From NCBI GenBank assembly GCA_012522575.1, contig JAAYKE010000028.1, positions 575-64,574 on the forward strand: 64,000 bases of DNA. The letters are read 5' to 3'. This document shows, piece by piece, positions 19,696-27,690 of this stretch (positions are counted from its first letter, which is position 1; every line of letters begins with the position of its first letter). The translations under genes and the position numbers were made by a program. The notes under the pieces are model-generated. The model worked only from the letters and a program-made list of their open reading frames with translations, did not search any database and had not been told where the DNA came from. The DNA comes from Armatimonadota bacterium. Its GTDB lineage: Bacteria > Armatimonadota > UBA5829.

Positions 19696-20577
19696 ATGGT
19701 GTTATTATTTTCTGTGATGTCTATTGCGCTTACAATTATGGTTCCGTCGACTCAAGCATCGGCGAAACCGAAGTCGTTCACTCTCTGGCAACTTCCGGAG
19801 CAGACCCACAGCCAGATGATGTCTTATGCCATCCGAACTGCGGGCGGCAAGCTAATCGTAATCGACGGCGGCACTGAAGGGGATGCGGATTATCTTAGGA
19901 AATTTATTGTAGAGCAGGGAGGGCACGTGGATGTGTGGTTTTTCACCCATCCTCACTCCGACCATGTTGGCGCGCCGATAGAGATTCTGAAAGACCCGAA
20001 GGGCATTACCGTCGATAAAATCTACGCCTCAAACCTGAAGGTGTCAGAAGTACAGAAATACGAACCCTCCTCGGCGCACACGCAGGCGGAAATCGATGCG
20101 GTGGTAAAAGAGACCAACCGCAGAATGATAGAGTTGACGCTCGGCGCAAAGCTAATCATCGACGGTGTCCATTTTGATATTCTGGGTATTAAGAACCCGG
20201 AGATTCACGCGAACTATATCAATAACTCCAGCATAGTCATGCGTGTATGGGACGCTGAAAAGTCGGTTATATTTCTTGGGGACCTCGGCCCTGAGGGCGG
20301 AAGCAAGCTGCTCGCAGGGCCTTATGGCAAAAAACTGAAGTCAGACTATTGCCAGATGGCGCATCATGGGCAGTCCGGAGTGCGCGGCGATGTATATCAG
20401 GCGATACAACCGAAATATTGCCTCTGGACGACACCCAAGTGGTTGTGGGAAAATGATCAGGGCGGAGGATATGATACCGGCCCGTGGACGACAATGGAAA
20501 CCCGAAAGTGGGCGGATGAACTACAGGTAAAACGCAACTATGCCACCTGGAAAGATGGGCTGGTAAAAATCGACTGA
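19696..20577 (+). CDS. Secreted MBL-fold metallo-hydrolase
   Basis: A signal peptide (MVLLFSVMSIALTIMVPSTQASA) and the metallo-beta-lactamase HxHxDH motif (FTHPHSDHVGA). Confidence 0.8.
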   Translation: MVLLFSVMSIALTIMVPSTQASAKPKSFTLWQLPEQTHSQMMSYAIRTAGGKLIVIDGGTEGDADYLRKFIVEQGGHVDVWFFTHPHSDHVGAPIEILKDPKGITVDKIYASNLKVSEVQKYEPSSAHTQAEIDAVVKETNRRMIELTLGAKLIIDGVHFDILGIKNPEIHANYINNSSIVMRVWDAEKSVIFLGDLGPEGGSKLLAGPYGKKLKSDYCQMAHHGQSGVRGDVYQAIQPKYCLWTTPKWLWENDQGGGYDTGPWTTMETRKWADELQVKRNYATWKDGLVKID

Positions 20578-20629
20578 TATTCCGGCTCAGTCGCGTCGTC
20601 TGTATATTAAGCATATAAGGTTAGGTAAT

Positions 20630-22474
20630 ATGACACAAAAAACCGATCAAAATACTGCGGTAGCGGAACACGATACGCAAAAAAAGAAAATCACCCTTAC
20701 TATTGACGGTCAGGCGCTGACTGTCCCGGAAGGCACAACGATAATGCAGGCCGCAAAGAAGCTGGCCATTCATATTCCGCATATATGCTATCACCCGCAG
20801 TTGCACCTCGAAGGCTCCTGCCGCGTATGTTTAGTCGAGGTCGAGGGGATGCGAAATCCGGTGCCGTCTTGCAGCTATCCCGTGTTCGAAGGGATGGTCG
20901 TTCATACAAATTCCCCGGAAATACGGGAGATTCGCGCAACGATTATCGAGTTGTTGCTGGCTAATCACCCTATGGATTGTCAGACTTGCGAGCGCGATGG
21001 CAACTGCGAACTGCAATACCTGGCCTATATTTCCGGCGCTCGTGAGCGGCCTTATGAGGGCGAAAAGAAGCACAACGAGAAGGATTTCAGCTACGTTTCG
21101 GTTGTCAGAGACCCGGACAAGTGCATCCTCTGCGGACGATGCGTGCGCGTGTGCGCCGAAGTGCAGGGCGTGTCGGCTTTGGGCTATATCCATCGCGGCT
21201 TCAAAACATTCGTTGGCCCGGCATATAATGGCCCGTTTGCAGAAAGCGTGTGCATCGCCTGCGGCCAGTGCATCAACGTCTGCCCGGTGGCAGCATTTTT
21301 GGAAAGAGACCACACAAAAGACGTTATGGCGGCAATCGCCGACCCTGACAAACACGTGATCGTTCAGATAGCTCCCAGCGTTCGAGCTTCCATTGGCGAG
21401 GGATTCAACATCGCACCGGGTCTGCCTATGACCGGCCAGGCGGTGGCGGCCCTGCGCAGGCTTGGGTTTGATGAGGTATTCGACACCCAGATGGGCGCGG
21501 ATGTTACGATTATGGAGGAGGGCACCGAATTCGTCAAACGGCTCAACGGCGAAGGCCCGCTTCCTCTCATCACCAGTTGTTCTTCTGCGTGGATGAAGTT
21601 CGCCGAGCATTTCTATCCGGATTTGCTTGAGAATATCTCCAGCGCAAAGTCCCCGATGAGCATGCTTGGCTCGCTGATCAAAACCTATTATGCCGAGCGC
21701 AAGGGGATCGATCCGTCAAATATATTTACCGTTGGCGCGATGTGTTGCACGGCCAAGAAGTTTGAGGCGGCAAGGCCGGAGCAGCAGCTTGACATCGACG
21801 GCCAGCTTATGCCCTCCATTGACCGCGTAATCACCACGCGTGAGCTGGTTTGGATGATCAAAAACGCGGGGTTGGATTTTGCTCAGTTGCCTGCCGAGGA
21901 TTTCGATCCTGTGCTTGGAATCTCGACAGGGGCCGGTGCGCTGTTCGGAGCCACGGGCGGCTTGGCTGAGGCGGTCTATCGCACAGCATATTATCTGCTC
22001 ACCGGCGAAACTCTGGCCGAAGTGGTCGTAGAGGAAGTTCGCGGCATTGCCAAAGGCATCAAAACCTGGATAGCGCATATCGGGGACAGGTCTATAAAGG
22101 TCGGCGTTGCCCATGGCCTGGGCAATGCGCACAAGCTTCTCGGAATGGTTCGCAGAGGTGAGGGTGATTTCCACTTCATCGAAATTATGGGTTGTCCGGG
22201 AGGATGTATCGGAGGGGGCGGCCAGCCATACGCAAGAGCGGGAGAAGCAATGCCGCTGGATATCGAGACGCTCAAAAAACGAGCCGAGGCGCTGCGGGCT
22301 ATTGATGCAGGCAAGACCCTCAAACGATCCTATGAAAACCCTGATGTTGTGCGGGTTTATAAAGAATATCTGGGTGAGCCGAACAGTGAGCTGGCGCATA
22401 AGTTGTTGCATACAAAATACAAACCGCGCCTGCCTTTGGGCGTATGGAACCCGGACGTGATGCGAAACGACTAA
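20630..22474 (+). CDS. hydA: [FeFe]-hydrogenase catalytic subunit, M3-type architecture (2Fe-2S + His-ligated 4Fe-4S + 2x[4Fe-4S] + H-domain) with non-canonical L1/L2 motifs
   Basis: An N-terminal CRVC...C Fer2, then HPMDCQTCERDGNC, then CILCGRCVRVC and CIACGQCINVCP, then an H-domain with ITSCSSAW (L1), AMCCTAKKFEA (L2) and EIMGCPGGCIGGGGQP (L3). Confidence 0.85.
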   Translation: MTQKTDQNTAVAEHDTQKKKITLTIDGQALTVPEGTTIMQAAKKLAIHIPHICYHPQLHLEGSCRVCLVEVEGMRNPVPSCSYPVFEGMVVHTNSPEIREIRATIIELLLANHPMDCQTCERDGNCELQYLAYISGARERPYEGEKKHNEKDFSYVSVVRDPDKCILCGRCVRVCAEVQGVSALGYIHRGFKTFVGPAYNGPFAESVCIACGQCINVCPVAAFLERDHTKDVMAAIADPDKHVIVQIAPSVRASIGEGFNIAPGLPMTGQAVAALRRLGFDEVFDTQMGADVTIMEEGTEFVKRLNGEGPLPLITSCSSAWMKFAEHFYPDLLENISSAKSPMSMLGSLIKTYYAERKGIDPSNIFTVGAMCCTAKKFEAARPEQQLDIDGQLMPSIDRVITTRELVWMIKNAGLDFAQLPAEDFDPVLGISTGAGALFGATGGLAEAVYRTAYYLLTGETLAEVVVEEVRGIAKGIKTWIAHIGDRSIKVGVAHGLGNAHKLLGMVRRGEGDFHFIEIMGCPGGCIGGGGQPYARAGEAMPLDIETLKKRAEALRAIDAGKTLKRSYENPDVVRVYKEYLGEPNSELAHKLLHTKYKPRLPLGVWNPDVMRND

Positions 22475-22502
22475 GCATCATTATCAGGACACTTAATTAA
22501 CT

Positions 22503-22531
22503 GGCCGGGGTCTGTCCCGGCCACACAAATT
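22503..22531. repeat. GC hairpin, a partial copy of the dispersed repeat head (ggccggg-gtctgtc-ccggcc acacaaa)
   Basis: A perfect 7-bp palindromic stem directly after the hydA stop. The same ggcYgg...ccRgcc-RCAC-RAAC head starts the repeat copies at 22646 and 41402. It may double as the hydA terminator. Confidence 0.45.
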
Positions 22532-22645
22532 TCCGAAAATCGCGAAAGCCCGAAATAAGCGAAACCCGGAAAAGGGAAGGGAAAAAGCAGATTCCTCGGC
22601 ATTCGCCTCGGAATGACAATTTACCTGACGCATTCAGGCGCAATG

Positions 22646-22850
22646 GCTGGGGTGCATATCCCGGCCACACGAACTATGTCATTTCGAATGAAGTGAGAAA
22701 TCTGATTTTTTCGATGTCCGATGTCCGAAGTTCGAGCCGGTATCGCAAGGGGGTGCGCCACCCATCGTACGAAATCTGCTTTTACGGGAAACCGCAAAAC
22801 CCTCACAATATGCCTTCTAACCTCTAACTTCCAACCTCTAACCTCTAAAA
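22646..22850. repeat. Dispersed intergenic repeat, copy A (hairpin head, ~95-nt conserved core, CYAACYTC-rich tail)
   Basis: The core cacgaactatgtcatttcgaatgaagtgagaaatctgattttttcgatgtccgatgtccgaagttcgagccggtatcgc is ~90% identical to 41421-41504. The tail ctaacctctaacttccaacctctaacctctaaa resembles 41520-41549. Confidence 0.65.
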
Positions 22851-23136
22851 AGTTTAGCTCGGAACCTATTGACTTCTCCTCATATCTGACGTACATTGCC
22901 ATAATGGGATTCGCATACAATTGATTGTGTGATTAATCGATGTATGCGCCAATAATCTTAATAAGGCGCCTCGGATTAACAAGCTGAACGTGTTATAAGC
23001 AAAGCGAACATTCTGCTTTATTGGCAACTTAAAGCAAGTTTTTGTTATGCCTCAACCAACTGGTAATCATTTTTAACCAAAGCGATTGCGAGTCTGTTGT
23101 TAGCTGTGGCGTTGAAATTCTTTGGGGGTAGTGCAA

Positions 23137-26100
23137 ATGACAATGCAGCGCGTTTTATTGTATGCGCTCTGCGCGGTTCTTCTCGTTTCTGGTTTTGCCT
23201 ATGCCGATTTGGCTAAAAAACCTCTCCCGTTTTCTAATGTGCAGCCGTGGGACTACGAACTAGGCCCGATATTTGAGGCTGCATCTGCCAGATATCAGGT
23301 GCCTTTGCCGTTGCTTTTGGCATTAGGCCACTTCGGCAGCGCCTTCGAGAACCGGGGAGATTCTCCGACTATCGAGGGCGGATATGGAGTGATGGCTCTT
23401 CGTCAGAATGATATGGGAGGCAATTCCCTGGCCGAGGCAGCAGCTCTTACGGGCGTATCCGAGGAAGACCTCAAAACCAATGCCGAGCTTAATATTATGG
23501 GCGCGGCTGCTGTTTTGGATGCTTATGCCAAGCAACTGCAGGTCGATCGGACCGCCGGTGTTGATGCGTGGCTTGATGTCATCATCAAATACGCGGCCAT
23601 AGACAAAATCGACGAAGATAATCCGGTTCCGGTGTTCAACCGGATGTTTGCAATGGAGGTATATCAAAAGTTGCAGGCCGGAGTCGATACGACGAACTCT
23701 ATGGGCGAGACGTTCAACGCCTCTGCTCAGAATATCGGCTCAATCGACCTTGCCTCACTTGAGCCACCCGGAATGAAAGCCAACGTCACCGGCTATTCAG
23801 GGGCCACATGGTATCCGGCTGCTACCTGCAATTATTCGGCTGTTAGCACAAATAAGAGCGTATTTGTCGTGCACACAATCGAAGGCACCGCATCGGGATG
23901 TCTGGGTTGGTTTAGAAACTGCGCCGCGGAGACATCCTGCCACTATGTTGCATCTGAGGCGGGAGGCATCTGGCAGTGCGTCGACGAATGGCACAGGGCG
24001 TGGCATGTAGGTTGCGCGAATAATTATTCCATCGGATGCGAGCACGAAGGTTACGCAGCATCAGCAAGCCACCCAAAGACTATGTACGATGCCTCTGCGC
24101 TGCTTGCGCGAGACGTCTGCAACAGATGGGGTATCCCCAAAACACACAATCCATGCCAGCATTCAATTCTTGGACACGTCGATGTGAACAACTGCTGGTG
24201 CGGCCCGGGTCACTGGGACCCTGGCGCGGGATGGGACTGGACATACTACATAAATGCCGTAAACGGCACGACTTATGTCAACCCTCCGTATCTGTTCGGG
24301 AGCGGTGCGGAAGGTTGGACAGCCGGCAACAGCGTGTGGTCCAACGGCCTTGTCCATACCGGCTCTGATTGGCGCGGGTCCATATATTTTGACCAGACAG
24401 GCCCGGACTGCTATATATACAGCCCTGAGACCAACTTCACTGGCTCATCTCCGCAGGTACTCAACGTTGACTTCTACCCGCAGGCCGGCACCGGCACAGA
24501 CCACGATATGCAACTGCACTGGAGGACCGCCGCGGAAGGCTCGTTCTCTGCCGACAAGGCCAGCCCGCTTACGGGTTATCAAGGTCAAAATACCTGGAGG
24601 ACGGTCAACCTCAGTATCAATAGCTCAAAATGGACGGGCCAGACAATCAAACAGCTCAGGCTCGACTTCGATAACAACAATCAATCGACCAGATACATCG
24701 TCAACCATGTTGTGCTGCAAAACGCGCTGATCTGGCCGTTTAACAGCGACGTAAACGGATGGACTGCCGGTCACTCGTTGACGGAGACCTGGCACACAGC
24801 CGGTGGCTGGCCGGGGTGTCTGGTTACGGATCAGACCGGCAACGACGCATATATATATAGTCCGACCCTTTCCGGCGCCGGCCTGCCGTACAACTACATA
24901 GGCGGCGTAAATGACTGGGTTAAGGTTCGGGTGTATCCGCAGAACAGTTCGGGTACGGCCCACGACCTGCGAGTATACTGGATATACGATGGCGACGGCG
25001 CCTGGAATGACACCAAATCCGTCCCTGTAACCTACACTGGCAAGAATGGGTGGGTCGATGTCTACGTCCCGGTTGGGCAAAGCACTTACTGGGAGGGCAA
25101 GCACATGACCCGGCTTCGAGTCGACTTCGACGAGGTCAGCCAGGGCACTCGCTGGATTGTCGACGAGATATCAATTGTGCAACTCGGCAAGGACTCCACC
25201 GCCCCGACAGTTCCGACCGGGCTGAATGCAACAGCCGTATCCGGCAGCATTGTCGATCTAAGCTGGACAGCATCGACTGACGCTACTGGAGTCAACGGAT
25301 ACAAGATATTCCGAAACGGAACCCAGATAGCCACCAGCATTTCACCGTCATACAGGGATACCTCCTGTCAGGCGCAGACGACCTATTCATATACTGTCAG
25401 CGCCTACGACTCGGTTGGCAACAACTCGGCCCAGAGCGCGGCCAAGAGCGTGACTACTCTGGCCCCTGACAATCAGCCGCCTACCGTGCCCGCAAATCTG
25501 CGCGTAACGGGGACTACAACGTCCAGCATCTCCCTTGCGTGGAATGCTTCGACGGACAATATAGGCGTGGTCGGCTATCGCATCTATCGCAACGGCGCTC
25601 AAGTCGGCACAGCCACCGGGACTACATACAATGACACCGGGTTGGCTCAGTATTCGACTCATACATACGAAGTCGATGCCTATGATGCCACTCCGAACTA
25701 TTCTGCCAAGAGCGCTTCGGTACTGGGGACAACAGTCGCACTGGTCTTCCAGGACGGCTTTGCGAACCTCAACAACTGGGTTCTTGATCCGGTTGCGGGC
25801 AATAACGTAATGCCCACGCTATCCACTGCTCAAAATCACGGCAGCATATCCGGCGCCAATTCGTTGTATTTTTCCGACGATGCTCCGCACTGGGTATATC
25901 ATGACTTCTCAGACGAGCTTACTTCCGGCGGCTACAGAGCGGGTATTCTCTCCGGCTGGATGTATGACAACGCCGTAAGCAACATGAGAATCGCCTTAAG
26001 AGCATATATGTATGATGCTGCCGGCAATGCCACGGGCATGTATTGGATTGGCGTGACGAACGGCAACCCGCCGAACATCCCGCTCAAATATATGGCCGCT

Positions 26101-27447
26101 GTGTATAATAGCGGTTGGCAATACTTCGACCTTGGCGATCGCACCGAGGGTTGGCATAGATTCGCAATCGAGGTTCTGCCATATACTGGCTCAAACGACC
26201 TCAAGTTCTATATAGATGGAGCTTTGAAGCTGACTACCAACCAGCCTCCTACTGCCGCCAGCTCGACTCTCAAGCGCACGTATCTGGGCTACAACTACAC
26301 GCCCAACCAGCCAACTTACTGGGATGATATTGTTCTGGAGTCAGTTCCTCCGCTTGCGCCGACAGGTGTTTCAGGCACAGCTTTGTCAACTTCTGCCATC
26401 AGGTGGAACTTCACCGACAAGGCCAACAACGAGATAGGCCATCGGGTCTACAACGGCGCTACCAAGGTAGCCCAGCGCGAGGAGTTCGATATCAATTTCG
26501 TCGATGAGACCGGCCTGGCAGCTAACACGACCTACAACCGAACGGTCAAGGCGTATGCGGGCATCCTTGAAAGCCACGCCGCTGCCGGCAGTGGAGTTAC
26601 GCTTTCGGTTCCGCCGAGCGTCTCTAATGTGACCTGTGACAAAGATACCAACACCTGGTATGCTGATGGCAACTTCACATTCACCGCAGTCGGCGGATTT
26701 GGCGCAGGCAAGGTGGATCATTATCAATTCGCGTGGACCAAACAGGCCACGCATACGTGGGCAGGTTCTGAAGCGAGTTGGTCGAGCGGAACTTTGGTTC
26801 AGACTGCGACATCTACGGGCGGTTGGTATCTGCACTTGCGAGGATTCAACTCCGCCAACGTAGCTAATGGCACTCTTGATCCTGGCCCGTTCAACTTCGA
26901 CAGCGACAGCGTTGCTCCGCAGATCAATTCTGTATCAGTGACGCCTTCTATGGTCGCCAGCGGGGATGCGGTTCACGTGACTGTCGATGCCACTGACAAC
27001 ATCGGCGTTACCAGCGTCAAGGCCAACGGCGTTTCTCTGACTAACTCCGGCGGCAACATCTGGACCGGTGACGTCGCTGCTTTGGGCGGCCTGGGCATCC
27101 ATGAGGTGAACATTGTCGCCGAGGACGCCGCAGGTAACACTGCGACCGATTCGTCCGGTTCTTATCTGACTGCCCTTATCCGTGGCGCTTCCAACAAGGC
27201 CGCCCTGGGAGTTGAGATGAACGCGGCTTGCGCTATATATCTCTTCAAGTTCTGGGGCAGGGTAGCAGAGGTCGATGACAATACATTCACCCTCGACGAT
27301 GGCTCCGGTTCGCCTATTACGGTGAACGCTTCCGGCTACAAGAGTGTGATATCGACAGGTGACTACGCGGCCGCTCGAGGTATGCTCAGCATATCAGGCA
27401 GCGACCGCGCCATTCAGAGCGAGGTTAGCTGGATAACTAAGTTCTAG
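23137..27447 (+). CDS. Giant secreted multidomain protein (1437 aa): signal peptide, degenerate lysozyme/SLT-like segment, Amidase_2 (PGRP-type N-acetylmuramoyl-L-alanine amidase), duplicated ~140-aa beta-rich module, 2x FN3, LamG/ConA-like, FN3-like/Ig-like, and a C-terminal OB-fold-like module
   Basis: The Amidase_2 pattern is VVHTIEG...SCHYVAS...AWHVGCANNYSIGCEHEG...GHVDVNNCWCGPGHWDPG. The FN3 pattern is LSWTASTDATGVNGYKIFRNG...YSYTVSAYD. The C-terminus reads LFKFWGRVAEVDDNTFTLDDGSGSPITV. The start was chosen at ATG 23137, which follows the ggggg RBS (the ORF-track TTG is at 23122). Confidence 0.85.
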   Translation: MTMQRVLLYALCAVLLVSGFAYADLAKKPLPFSNVQPWDYELGPIFEAASARYQVPLPLLLALGHFGSAFENRGDSPTIEGGYGVMALRQNDMGGNSLAEAAALTGVSEEDLKTNAELNIMGAAAVLDAYAKQLQVDRTAGVDAWLDVIIKYAAIDKIDEDNPVPVFNRMFAMEVYQKLQAGVDTTNSMGETFNASAQNIGSIDLASLEPPGMKANVTGYSGATWYPAATCNYSAVSTNKSVFVVHTIEGTASGCLGWFRNCAAETSCHYVASEAGGIWQCVDEWHRAWHVGCANNYSIGCEHEGYAASASHPKTMYDASALLARDVCNRWGIPKTHNPCQHSILGHVDVNNCWCGPGHWDPGAGWDWTYYINAVNGTTYVNPPYLFGSGAEGWTAGNSVWSNGLVHTGSDWRGSIYFDQTGPDCYIYSPETNFTGSSPQVLNVDFYPQAGTGTDHDMQLHWRTAAEGSFSADKASPLTGYQGQNTWRTVNLSINSSKWTGQTIKQLRLDFDNNNQSTRYIVNHVVLQNALIWPFNSDVNGWTAGHSLTETWHTAGGWPGCLVTDQTGNDAYIYSPTLSGAGLPYNYIGGVNDWVKVRVYPQNSSGTAHDLRVYWIYDGDGAWNDTKSVPVTYTGKNGWVDVYVPVGQSTYWEGKHMTRLRVDFDEVSQGTRWIVDEISIVQLGKDSTAPTVPTGLNATAVSGSIVDLSWTASTDATGVNGYKIFRNGTQIATSISPSYRDTSCQAQTTYSYTVSAYDSVGNNSAQSAAKSVTTLAPDNQPPTVPANLRVTGTTTSSISLAWNASTDNIGVVGYRIYRNGAQVGTATGTTYNDTGLAQYSTHTYEVDAYDATPNYSAKSASVLGTTVALVFQDGFANLNNWVLDPVAGNNVMPTLSTAQNHGSISGANSLYFSDDAPHWVYHDFSDELTSGGYRAGILSGWMYDNAVSNMRIALRAYMYDAAGNATGMYWIGVTNGNPPNIPLKYMAAVYNSGWQYFDLGDRTEGWHRFAIEVLPYTGSNDLKFYIDGALKLTTNQPPTAASSTLKRTYLGYNYTPNQPTYWDDIVLESVPPLAPTGVSGTALSTSAIRWNFTDKANNEIGHRVYNGATKVAQREEFDINFVDETGLAANTTYNRTVKAYAGILESHAAAGSGVTLSVPPSVSNVTCDKDTNTWYADGNFTFTAVGGFGAGKVDHYQFAWTKQATHTWAGSEASWSSGTLVQTATSTGGWYLHLRGFNSANVANGTLDPGPFNFDSDSVAPQINSVSVTPSMVASGDAVHVTVDATDNIGVTSVKANGVSLTNSGGNIWTGDVAALGGLGIHEVNIVAEDAAGNTATDSSGSYLTALIRGASNKAALGVEMNAACAIYLFKFWGRVAEVDDNTFTLDDGSGSPITVNASGYKSVISTGDYAAARGMLSISGSDRAIQSEVSWITKF

Positions 27448-27467
27448 CTAATATATCGGCTATCTAC

Positions 27468-27498
27468 GCGGCCCGTCTTTGATATAGAGGCGGGCCGC
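27468..27498 (+). terminator. GC stem-loop after giant protein 1 (weak terminator candidate)
   Basis: An 8-bp stem gcggcccg/cgggccgc with a 15-nt loop and no clear U-tract. Confidence 0.4.
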
Positions 27499-27690
27499 AG
27501 TTATATGTCTAAGAAATGACCAGGTAAAAATACTGAGTTGACGTCAGGAACGTTGTAAGGCATACTAAAGCTAGAGTAATTATATTTTAGCGAATGCAAG
27601 CTGTATGGCCTGGACGCACCTCCTCGTGTTGTCTGTAACATGGGCCTCTACTACGTTGTTTGCAGGCTATGACTTGAAGGTGGGGGCGGT

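Noticed and set aside
20831-21610. 259-aa minus-strand ORF
   Set aside because: It is antisense to the hydA coding region, which has unambiguous Fe-S and H-cluster motifs on the plus strand.
22621-22920. 99-aa minus-strand ORF spanning repeat copy A
   Set aside because: It is not conserved in repeat copy B, since frames differ and stops are present. The repeat is therefore treated as non-coding.
23122-23136. TTG start for giant protein 1 given by the ORF track
   Set aside because: The ATG at 23137 is better positioned relative to the ggggg RBS, and it yields a canonical signal peptide beginning MTMQRVLLYALCAVLL.
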